Part shown: positions 8,591 to 16,514 of the stretch, piece after piece
Numbering within the stretch: position 1 is the first letter of the stretch
Layout: each line of letters starts with the position of its first letter
Assembly (NCBI RefSeq): GCF_000186885.1
Contig: NC_014972.1
Location: forward strand, 3,030,001-3,062,000
Length of the DNA stretch: 32,000 nucleotides
Source of the DNA: Desulfobulbus propionicus DSM 2032
Lineage (GTDB): Bacteria; Desulfobacterota; Desulfobulbia; Desulfobulbales; Desulfobulbaceae
Direction of reading: 5' to 3'
Program-made: the position numbers and the translations under genes
Notes under the pieces: generated by a model
What the model was told of the DNA's origin: nothing
The model's database searches: none
The model's input: only the letters and a program-made list of their open reading frames with translations

Positions 8591-10171
8591 TTAAATAATG
8601 ATCAGGCCCTTGATCCAAAAATAGGCGATTGCCCCCACCAAGAAGATCCCATACGCCGAAACAGCTGCCACGCTGACGCGAAAAACCAGTTGCTCTTTTC
8701 GTTTCTCGGTCTCTTTTTCAATGTAGGGAATGGCGCAGACCACCGGCACGCCGATATATTCCTCCAAATCGCCCACATCCTTGAACGATGTGTCGATGAA
8801 GTCGAGCACAAACACAGAACCGACGCTCAGGCCCAAACTGACGGCAATCGCGACAAGAAAAATTTTCAAAAAATTTGGCTTGGATGGTTTCTCGGGAAGG
8901 CGGGCCGAATCGACGATCTTGAACTTGCTGCCCTTCTGATTTCGCTCCAAATTCTCCGCCGACTGGGCCTGCAGATTTTGCGCGACAAGCTGGTCGTAAT
9001 GACGGCGCAACTCGTTGTAATCCCGGGTCAAGCCATTCCACTCCGCTTCACGGATGGGAGCGGCTTCAATATAGCGTTGGTATTTGGCGATCTGGGGGGG
9101 GATAGTCGCCAGCTCCTCTCTCAACTGGCTGATATTGAGGTCAATTTGTTTCAATTGGACCTGCAGCCGTTGGCTTTCCAATCCTGCGGCGATGGCGGCC
9201 CGGTTCGAAGAAGCCGAGGCTGGTCCCTGTTGCACCGATGTCGGCCCTTTCCCCACTTTTTGCTCCAACTGTTCAATCAGCTGTTTGGTTCGGCGAACCT
9301 CGGGATGCTTGTCCGTATATTTTCCCTGCAGGTTCTCGAGATACAGCCGCATTCGCTGCAACCGTTCGGCATCGGTTTCCGGAAGCCTGGCCGCCTGGTT
9401 TGCAATGGGCTCGCTGCTCATGCGCATCGCGGCCAGGCGCTGCTGCATGCTCGCTTGCTCCTGGGCCATGACCTTGGTGCGCTCAAGTTCTTGAATTGAA
9501 TTTTGAATTCCCTGATTTTGCTGGATCAGCGCCTGCAATTGAGCGAGGTTGCTTTGCCGCTGATCCGGCATCTCATTGAAATATTTGAGTTTGTAATCTC
9601 GCATCTGCTGTTCTTTTTCGTCCAAAACCTTCTTGGCCATCGCCAGCTCACTCTCCGTGTATCTGGAGGTCTCGGTGGCTCGCTCTTCCCGATATTTGAG
9701 ATTTTCTTCGATAAACAAAGAAGCCAAGGCGTTGGTGACTTTCATCACCTTTTGCGGATCAAGCCCCTGGTAGGAAACGCTGAAAATATCGCCTTTGTTT
9801 GATGGCGTGATGCTGATATCCTTGCGCATCGTTTCAATGACATCTTCAATCGGCAACTTTTTCCGTGCTTCCTCGTACAGAGAAAACTGAACGATCACCT
9901 TTTCAAGGCTGTTCCGACTGGTTACTAATTCTTTCAAGGTCGCCAACGATTCCTGCAGGCGACTCCTTCCCTGCTCAGGATCCATTTTCGCCGGATTAAT
10001 CTGCTGCTGTTCGTAGCTGAGCAAGGCGGTGCTTTGATAGGTTTTCGGCAGAGAGAAATAATATCCCAATCCAATGGTCAGGCCGACAAGCAAACTGATG
10101 CTGATGAGACGCCACCGATGAATGACGAGATCCACATATTTTTTGATCAACTGCCGCTGCTTAACGTCCAT
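8591..10171 (-). CDS. Wzz/GumC-like polysaccharide chain-length determinant (co-polymerase), separate-subunit partner of the BY-kinase
   Basis: 526 aa. N-terminal TM (LISISLLVGLTIGLGYYF) followed by PKTYQSTALL, a long coiled-coil periplasmic region, and C-terminal TMs flanking DLEEYIGVPVVCAIPYI. Confidence 0.87.
   Translation of the reverse strand: MDVKQRQLIKKYVDLVIHRWRLISISLLVGLTIGLGYYFSLPKTYQSTALLSYEQQQINPAKMDPEQGRSRLQESLATLKELVTSRNSLEKVIVQFSLYEEARKKLPIEDVIETMRKDISITPSNKGDIFSVSYQGLDPQKVMKVTNALASLFIEENLKYREERATETSRYTESELAMAKKVLDEKEQQMRDYKLKYFNEMPDQRQSNLAQLQALIQQNQGIQNSIQELERTKVMAQEQASMQQRLAAMRMSSEPIANQAARLPETDAERLQRMRLYLENLQGKYTDKHPEVRRTKQLIEQLEQKVGKGPTSVQQGPASASSNRAAIAAGLESQRLQVQLKQIDLNISQLREELATIPPQIAKYQRYIEAAPIREAEWNGLTRDYNELRRHYDQLVAQNLQAQSAENLERNQKGSKFKIVDSARLPEKPSKPNFLKIFLVAIAVSLGLSVGSVFVLDFIDTSFKDVGDLEEYIGVPVVCAIPYIEKETEKRKEQLVFRVSVAAVSAYGIFLVGAIAYFWIKGLIII
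9094..9101 (-). repeat. C8 homopolymer on the coding strand of the chain-length determinant gene (G8 on + strand)
   Basis: Direct count g9094-g9101. Coding strand reads ATC CCC CCC CAG (IPPQ), around codon 357 of 526. Confidence 0.95.
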
Positions 10172-10208
10172 AATTCAACAATTTACCGTTTAAACTGAAA
10201 TTTTTTCC

Positions 10209-10880
10209 ATGATCAACGCGAGCTCCACCACCTGTGTCATTGGCGATATCCACGGTTGCAATGCGGCGCTCACCGTTTTATTGCAACAAGTCCAACATCG
10301 CGCCGACACCATCGTTTTTCTCGGCGACTATGTCGATCGCGGCCCGCAATCCAAAGAAGTCGTGGCAACCATACTTTCCTTGCAAAAAACACACCCCCGA
10401 GTTGTGCCGCTCATGGGCAACCATGATTTTCTCTTCCTTCAGTACCTCGAAGGCCGGGACAGTTCGGTTTTTCTTCAAGTCGGCGGCCTGCAGACTCTGG
10501 CCAGTTATGGCCTACATCCTGCAGAGGGGGCTGAGGCCATCAAGCAGCGAGTGCCTCTTGAGCATATTGCGTTTTTTCGCAGCCTTTCCCTCTTTTGGCA
10601 CGATCAACACGGCATCTATGTCCACGCAGGATTGGAACCCGGTCGTCATCTCAGCCAACAGACATCGCATTGGTGCCTGTGGGCTCGGGAACAATTCCTG
10701 CAAAGTCGTTACAATTTCGGCAAGCCCGTTGTCTTTGGCCACACCGTTTTCGACGACCCCTTTCTGACGGCTGACAAAATCGGCATCGACACAGGCGCGG
10801 TCTATAACGGCAAGCTCTCTGCCTTATTGTTGCCAATGAGGGAGGTGGTCAGCGTGCCGGGAAATCCCGACACGCGGTGA
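10209..10880 (+). CDS. PPP-family (calcineurin-like, PrpA/lambda-phosphatase-type) protein phosphatase
   Basis: 223 aa. Metallophosphoesterase motifs GDIHGC, GDYVDRGP, GNHD, VHAG, VFGHT. Divergent from the EPS module across only 37 bp. Confidence 0.87.
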   Translation: MINASSTTCVIGDIHGCNAALTVLLQQVQHRADTIVFLGDYVDRGPQSKEVVATILSLQKTHPRVVPLMGNHDFLFLQYLEGRDSSVFLQVGGLQTLASYGLHPAEGAEAIKQRVPLEHIAFFRSLSLFWHDQHGIYVHAGLEPGRHLSQQTSHWCLWAREQFLQSRYNFGKPVVFGHTVFDDPFLTADKIGIDTGAVYNGKLSALLLPMREVVSVPGNPDTR

Positions 10881-10927
10881 CATGGTTCTATGGTAAATGA
10901 AAGAGAGGGAAATGACAAAGAAGTTAA

Positions 10928-11845
10928 CTACAATTCCTCGAAAATAAACGGCATGGCTGCCGACAAGATGTCCCGTTCCGTCAGGAGCATGAACAACCTG
11001 TCCACCCCGAGAGCAATACCGGCGGTCTCCGGAACCCTGGATAAATCCGCCAGAAAGTTCTCCGGCATGGATGCAGTGCGGCCCTGAGAGTGGATAGCGT
11101 CTATCTCCGCGGCAAAACGTGACCGTTGTTCCTCGGGATCGATCAACTCGGAAAAGCCGTTGGCCAGTTCGATTCCAGCAACATACAATTCAAACCGTTC
11201 CGCTACGTCAGGCGTTCTCTGGCTGCGACGGGCAAGCGATCCCAGCGAAATCGGATAATCGTAGAGGAAAACTGGCCGATCCTTGCCCAGATGCGGCTCT
11301 ATCGCCGTGACCAAGATCTCGTCAAACATCCCCGTTCGTATGGCCTCGCTGACCGAGATACCGGCGAACATGTCAAAGGCATCCGCCACGGTCAAGCGGT
11401 CCCATGGGCGGGTCATAGCGACACGGTGATCCCGCCAGCACAGCAAGCTCCCATGGACGCCCCTGAACATCGAGAAACCACGGTTCATCACGAAACAAAC
11501 AAGTTCCTCGCATTCTTGCATCAAATCAACATAATCCCAGCCCGTGTGGTACCACTCCAGCATGGTGAATTCCGATTGGTGCAACCGACCATGCTCCTCC
11601 TTGCGGAAACAATGACAGATTTGAAAAATTTGCGAACAGCCCCTTGCCAAAAGCCGTTTCATGCAGAGCTCGGGAGATGTGTGGAGAAAACAGCCTTCGC
11701 TGTTGAAGGGGACGATATTTGACTCGGGGAGAAGAACAGGAAGTCGCAGGGGCGTATCAACTTCCAGATAGGCGCGTTCGAGAAAAAACGAGCGAATGGC
11801 CTGCAGCAGGAAGGATCGCTGCCGCAGGCCGTGAGGACCGAGCAT
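10928..11845 (-). CDS. epmA: EF-P--(R)-beta-lysine ligase EpmA (PoxA/GenX, LysRS-paralogue)
   Basis: Class II aaRS core without an anticodon domain: FRKEEHGRLHQSEFTMLEWY (motif 2), GIALGVDRLFMLL (motif 3). The start is reassigned to ATG 11845 (MLGPHGLRQRS), 7 nt after the efp stop. The track start at 11923 is a TTG inside efp. Confidence 0.88.
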   Translation of the reverse strand: MLGPHGLRQRSFLLQAIRSFFLERAYLEVDTPLRLPVLLPESNIVPFNSEGCFLHTSPELCMKRLLARGCSQIFQICHCFRKEEHGRLHQSEFTMLEWYHTGWDYVDLMQECEELVCFVMNRGFSMFRGVHGSLLCWRDHRVAMTRPWDRLTVADAFDMFAGISVSEAIRTGMFDEILVTAIEPHLGKDRPVFLYDYPISLGSLARRSQRTPDVAERFELYVAGIELANGFSELIDPEEQRSRFAAEIDAIHSQGRTASMPENFLADLSRVPETAGIALGVDRLFMLLTERDILSAAMPFIFEEL

Positions 11846-11852
11846 TGCCGGC

Positions 11853-12416
11853 TTATTCTTTAACGCGGGTGATATAGGTGCCGGTTCGGGTATCGATCTG
11901 AATCTTGTCACCCTGCTCGACAAAGGGCGGAACCTGCAGCTGAAAGCCGGTCTGCACGGTTACCGGTTTGGTGTCGGAACCGGAGGTATCGCCCTTGGCC
12001 CACGGGTCGGCGACCGTCACCTCCAGGTTGACAAAGGTCGGCAGGCTGATGTCGATGGGACGGTCGCCAAAAAACAACACTTCCACCTCCATGTTGTCGA
12101 TCAAAAAATTGAGATTGTCGCCTAACTGCTCCTTGGTCAAGAAAATCTGCTCGTAGGACGAGGTATCCATGAAGTGGTACTCGTTGTCCTGAGCGTAGAG
12201 AAACTGCATCTTCCTCTCTTCCAGATTGGGCCGTTCGAATTTGTCGTTGGAGCGATAGGTCTGGGTGAACTGAACCCCGGTGATCATGTTCCGCATTTTG
12301 GTCCGGTAGAGCGCCTGCCCCTTGCCCGGTTTGGAGAAATCGAACTCGGTGACGATATAGGGCTCGCCATCAATTTGAATTTTCAGGCCTTTGCGCAAAT
12401 CAGAAGCAGTATACAT
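11853..12416 (-). CDS. efp: translation elongation factor P
   Basis: 187 aa. ATG at 12416 is preceded by AAGGA. Conserved loop SKPGKGQALYRTK with the modifiable Lys (K32, equivalent to E. coli K34). Confidence 0.97.
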   Translation of the reverse strand: MYTASDLRKGLKIQIDGEPYIVTEFDFSKPGKGQALYRTKMRNMITGVQFTQTYRSNDKFERPNLEERKMQFLYAQDNEYHFMDTSSYEQIFLTKEQLGDNLNFLIDNMEVEVLFFGDRPIDISLPTFVNLEVTVADPWAKGDTSGSDTKPVTVQTGFQLQVPPFVEQGDKIQIDTRTGTYITRVKE

Positions 12417-12605
12417 AGTTATCCTTAAGTCTTTATTTATCGGTTGATTTGAAGGGGAAGCATGTTACGGGAAGTCCTGTTTTTTTGCAACAGCTTCCTG
12501 CCCTGGTGATGAATTAATGCTGTCCGACCGTTCTCTGCTCTTGTTTTCACCCGGCCGATTCTATACAGTGGCGGCAAACTGTTCCTCAACCAACATCTGC
12601 AAGCC

Positions 12606-13100
12606 ATGGTCATTCGAGCTGGAGTCCTCTCCGATACGCACTTGATCCGGCCGGACAGCCGATTCAAAACACAGGTCGCGGCATGTTTCGCCACCTGCGA
12701 CATGATCATTCATGCCGGCGACCTCACCGACCTGTCAGTGTTGGAGGTGTTCGCCGGCCGGCCAGTCTACGCGGTGCACGGCAACATGTGCCATGCCTCG
12801 GTGCGGGACCGCTACCCACACCAGCTCCAATTCTCCATCGGCTCCTTTGTCATCGGCCTTACCCACGGCGCCGGCCTGGGATACGACATCGAAGCCGCCT
12901 TATGGGATCTTTTTCCCGAAGTGGACTGCATGATTTATGGCCACACTCATCGGCCTCTCTGCCGCCGGGTTGGCCGAATTCTTCTCCTGAACCCGGGCAG
13001 TTTCCAAGCAACCGGCCGCTACGGGGCCCCGGGCAGCTATGCCATCCTTGAGGCCGGAGATACCCTCCAGGCCCGTCTTTTTGACGTCCCGCAACTATGA
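12606..13100 (+). CDS. YfcE/MJ0936-family metallophosphoesterase
   Basis: 164 aa. Motifs LSDTH, IHAGD, VHGNM, GHTH, LLNPGS. Confidence 0.87.
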   Translation: MVIRAGVLSDTHLIRPDSRFKTQVAACFATCDMIIHAGDLTDLSVLEVFAGRPVYAVHGNMCHASVRDRYPHQLQFSIGSFVIGLTHGAGLGYDIEAALWDLFPEVDCMIYGHTHRPLCRRVGRILLLNPGSFQATGRYGAPGSYAILEAGDTLQARLFDVPQL

Positions 13101-13603
13101 ATACCCTATGGACCCCCTGGCGCATGGACCATGTCCTTGGGACCGCGCCCAAGGTGACCGGTTGTTTGTTCGAACCGCCTGGAACCGAAGAACAGAACAA
13201 GGAACACCTGCTGCTCTATCGAGACTCCTGGACCGTGGTGCTGCTCAACCGTTTTCCCTATGCCAACGGCCATCTGCTGCTCGCTCCCCGGCGCCACCTT
13301 GCCGACTTGGCCGAATTGCAGCCGCAGGAGAAGAGCCGACTGATGGAGATGCTGACCGCCTGCTGCGCCATCCTGCGGCGTCATCTCCATCCGGACGGGA
13401 TCAACATCGGCCTCAATCTCGGCAAGGCTGCCGGCGCCGGCATCGCCGACCACCTGCACTTCCATCTTGTTCCCCGATGGGAGGGCGACCATAATTTCAT
13501 GACCGTGTGCGCGGAGATCAGAACCATCCCCCAGCATATCGAGCGGACCTTTGACTTGCTGCTGCCGGACTTCCAACTGCTGGCCACGCCAGCCATCCCA
13601 TGA
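13097..13603 (+). CDS. HIT (histidine triad) family nucleotide hydrolase/transferase
   Basis: 168 aa. Triad HLHFHLVPR, N-terminal LWTPWRM motif. The start overlaps the upstream stop (ATGA). Confidence 0.87.
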   Translation: MNTLWTPWRMDHVLGTAPKVTGCLFEPPGTEEQNKEHLLLYRDSWTVVLLNRFPYANGHLLLAPRRHLADLAELQPQEKSRLMEMLTACCAILRRHLHPDGINIGLNLGKAAGAGIADHLHFHLVPRWEGDHNFMTVCAEIRTIPQHIERTFDLLLPDFQLLATPAIP

Positions 13604-16269
13604 GCGCTTCACCCAAAATCACCCCCATGCTCCAGCAATACCTGGAGATCAAAGAGCAGTATCCTGGCACCATTCTCTTCTACCGCATGGGCGATTTTTA
13701 CGAAATGTTCTTCGAGGATGCGGTGGTCGCCGCCAAAGTCCTCGGCATCACCCTCACCTCCCGCAGTCACAAGGATGAGGCCAACAAGATTCCGATGTGC
13801 GGCGTGCCCTTCCATGCCGTATCCGGATACCTCGGCAAAATGGTCAAGGCCGGGTATCGGGTGGCCATCTGCGAACAGGTCGAGGACCCCAAGGAAGCCA
13901 AGGGAATTGTCAGGCGCGAGGTGATTCGCGTGGTTACTCCGGGCGTGACCACCGACGATCAACTCCTGGACGAAAAGGCCGACTGTTATGTTTGCGCCTT
14001 GGTGGTGCAGAAGAAATCGACCAAGGAACACCTCGCCGGCCTCGCCCTGCTCGACATTTCCACCGGTCGATTTCAAATTTGTGAGGTCAGCTTTTCGCCC
14101 AAAGATCCGGGCGCGCTGGTCGATGTTTTCTCCCGGCTCAGGCCCGCCGAGCTCCTCATCCCACAAGCAGAACTCGACACCCTGGCGCCGCTGACCCATC
14201 TGCTCAGCCAGCAGATGGGCCAACTCTGCCTGACCGCCAGGCCCGATTTTCATTTCGAGACAGTGACGGCGATCGCCACCCTGACCGAACACTTTCGCAC
14301 CGCCAATCTGGCTGGATTCGGCTGCGATGCCTACACGGCAGCCATCGATGCTGCCGGGGCCCTGCTCCTCTACCTGCGAGAGACGCAGAAATCAGAGCTG
14401 GCCCATGTCAAACGAATCATGCCCCTGCATCAGAGCGGTTACCTGATCATTGACGACGCTTCCCGTCGCAATCTGGAGCTGACCGAGACACTGGTCGGAG
14501 GGCAGCGCCAGGGGTCCCTGTTGGCAACGCTCGATCGTACCGCCACGCCCATGGGCGCCCGTCTGTTGCGCCGCTGGTTGCTGTTCCCCCTTCAGGACAG
14601 GAAAGAAATATTGCGCCGGCTTGACGGTGTCGAGGAACTGATCGAGCAACCAGCGGTACGGAATACCCTGCGGAGCCTGCTCGACTCGATCTACGACCTC
14701 GAACGTCTGAGCAGCCGCCTTGTCCTTGGCCACGGCAATGCCCGCGACTTGAGCGCCATCAAAACCTCGCTGGCCCAGCTGCCGGACCTGCATCACCAGC
14801 TCAACGGATGCACCTCGTCGTTGCTGCGAGCGATTGCCGAACGCTTTGATATCCTCGACGACCTCCATCGCTTGATTGACAGCGCCATCCGCGACGACGC
14901 CCCCATCACTCTGCGCGAGGGCAATCTCATTCGCGAAGACTACAACGCCGAACTGGATCACCTCCTGCGACTGCTCCGTGACGGCAAACAGATGATTCTC
15001 GATCTCGAGCATGCCGAACGGCAACGATCCGGCATAGCCAAACTCAAGGTGGGGTACAATAAGGTCTTTGGGTATTATTTCGAAATCAGCCGCAGTCAGA
15101 CGCAGGAACTTCCGGAGTACTTCATCCGCAAACAGACCCTGGTCAATGCGGAACGCTTCATCACCCCGGAACTGAAAGAACTGGAAAACGCCATCGTCAC
15201 CGCCCACGACAGGCGGCTTGAGCTGGAATACGCCCTTTTTCTCGATATCCGCGAGCACCTGGTTCAAAACGATCACCGTCTGCTGCAGGTGGCCGCGCAA
15301 CTCGCTGAGCTTGACGTACTCGCCTGTTTTGCCGAGGTGGCCACTCGATACCGTTACTGCCGCCCGCAGATCAATACCAATCGCACCATCACCATCAGCG
15401 AGGGAAGACATCCGGTTATCGAGCGGTCCATGGATCCGGGGCGATTCGTGCCCAACGATGTGCATCTGGACCAGGAACGCCATGAACTGCTGATCATCAC
15501 CGGACCCAACATGGCAGGTAAATCCACCGTTTTGCGCCAAACGGCCTTGATCGTGCTCATGGCGCACATTGGTTGTTTTGTCCCGGCGGAAAGCGCTGAT
15601 CTCTGTATCGTTGACCGCATCTTCACCCGGGTTGGCGCCATGGACGATCTGCGACGAGGCCAGTCGACCTTTATGGTGGAAATGAACGAGACCGCCAACA
15701 TCCTCAACAATGCCACCGAGGACAGCCTGGTAATCCTTGATGAAATCGGCCGCGGCACCTCGACCTATGACGGCCTAGCCATTGCCTGGGCGGTGGCCGA
15801 AGAATTGGCGCACAAAAACGGCCTGGGCATCAAGACGCTTTTTGCCACCCACTACCACGAGCTGACTGACCTGGCCGCGACCAGCGACAAAATTCAGAAT
15901 TATTCCATCGCGGTCAAAGAATGGAACGATTCGATCATTTTTCTGCACAAGTTGGTCAAAGGAGCCACCAATCGGAGCTATGGCATCCAGGTTGCCGCCT
16001 TGGCCGGTGTCCCTGAACACGTCATAACCCGTGCCTACACCATCCTCAAAAACATCGAACAAGGAGAGTTTACCCTTCAGGGGCAGCCAAAAATTGCGGC
16101 CGGCAAATCGGGGAAAAAACAGAATCCCATGCAGTTGCCGTTATTTTCTCCTGCAACGCACCCCTTGACGGATTTGCTGCGCACGATCAATCCAGATCTG
16201 CTCACCCCAAAGCAGGCTCTGGACTTCATCTACCAAGCCGTGGAATTAATGAAAAAAAACGAAGAATAA
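13600..16269 (+). CDS. mutS: DNA mismatch repair protein MutS
   Basis: 889 aa. Mismatch-binding N-terminus TPMLQQYLEIKEQYPGTILFYRMGDFYEMFFEDA, Walker A GPNMAGKST, DEIGRGTSTYDG, C-terminal clamp-binding-like QLPLF. The start overlaps the HIT stop (ATGA). Confidence 0.98.
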   Translation: MSASPKITPMLQQYLEIKEQYPGTILFYRMGDFYEMFFEDAVVAAKVLGITLTSRSHKDEANKIPMCGVPFHAVSGYLGKMVKAGYRVAICEQVEDPKEAKGIVRREVIRVVTPGVTTDDQLLDEKADCYVCALVVQKKSTKEHLAGLALLDISTGRFQICEVSFSPKDPGALVDVFSRLRPAELLIPQAELDTLAPLTHLLSQQMGQLCLTARPDFHFETVTAIATLTEHFRTANLAGFGCDAYTAAIDAAGALLLYLRETQKSELAHVKRIMPLHQSGYLIIDDASRRNLELTETLVGGQRQGSLLATLDRTATPMGARLLRRWLLFPLQDRKEILRRLDGVEELIEQPAVRNTLRSLLDSIYDLERLSSRLVLGHGNARDLSAIKTSLAQLPDLHHQLNGCTSSLLRAIAERFDILDDLHRLIDSAIRDDAPITLREGNLIREDYNAELDHLLRLLRDGKQMILDLEHAERQRSGIAKLKVGYNKVFGYYFEISRSQTQELPEYFIRKQTLVNAERFITPELKELENAIVTAHDRRLELEYALFLDIREHLVQNDHRLLQVAAQLAELDVLACFAEVATRYRYCRPQINTNRTITISEGRHPVIERSMDPGRFVPNDVHLDQERHELLIITGPNMAGKSTVLRQTALIVLMAHIGCFVPAESADLCIVDRIFTRVGAMDDLRRGQSTFMVEMNETANILNNATEDSLVILDEIGRGTSTYDGLAIAWAVAEELAHKNGLGIKTLFATHYHELTDLAATSDKIQNYSIAVKEWNDSIIFLHKLVKGATNRSYGIQVAALAGVPEHVITRAYTILKNIEQGEFTLQGQPKIAAGKSGKKQNPMQLPLFSPATHPLTDLLRTINPDLLTPKQALDFIYQAVELMKKNEE

Positions 16270-16514
16270 TTACCGTTTCCCATGCCCTCACAGCGTGAGC
16301 CCGCCCCTTTCAAAAGTTAAAATTTTTAAACAGCCAACTCCCTATCAAAACATTCTTTTTAATTTTCAGGGCAACCATCCTGCGCAAAGTACAATTTCTT
16401 TTACCTTTGAGACCAAATACTGTATGTTTAAAAAATAATTGGCCTCATTCGCTCTCTTTCCGGTTATGGCGCATTCTCCCGTCACGGAATCCTCCACATC
16501 GAGATGTATCATCC

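Noticed and set aside
6602-9499. Three long plus-strand ORFs (323, 312 and 317 aa) antisense to the kinase, ATPase and chain-length determinant genes
   Set aside because: - They are low-complexity, Arg/Gly/Gln-rich translations with no recognisable motifs.
- They mirror strongly supported minus-strand genes.
- They are typical shadow ORFs.
10193-10201. ACTGAAAT in the 37-bp divergent spacer resembles the ACTGAAAAAT half-site upstream of the atp cluster
   Set aside because: Only a 7-nt AT-rich match with no partner repeat, which is compatible with chance.
14392-15567. 391-aa minus-strand ORF inside mutS
   Set aside because: It is a shadow ORF opposite a full-length, motif-complete mutS and has no family features.
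16439-16453. Sigma54-like TGGC...GC element upstream of the amidase
   Set aside because: The GG to GC spacing is 2 nt shorter than the -24/-12 consensus, and the flanking bases do not match TGGCAC-N5-TTGC.
16407-16514. Upstream 36 codons of the amidase ORF
   Set aside because: The segment has no signal peptide logic. The internal ATG 16515 is immediately followed by a basic n-region and hydrophobic core ending in AWA.
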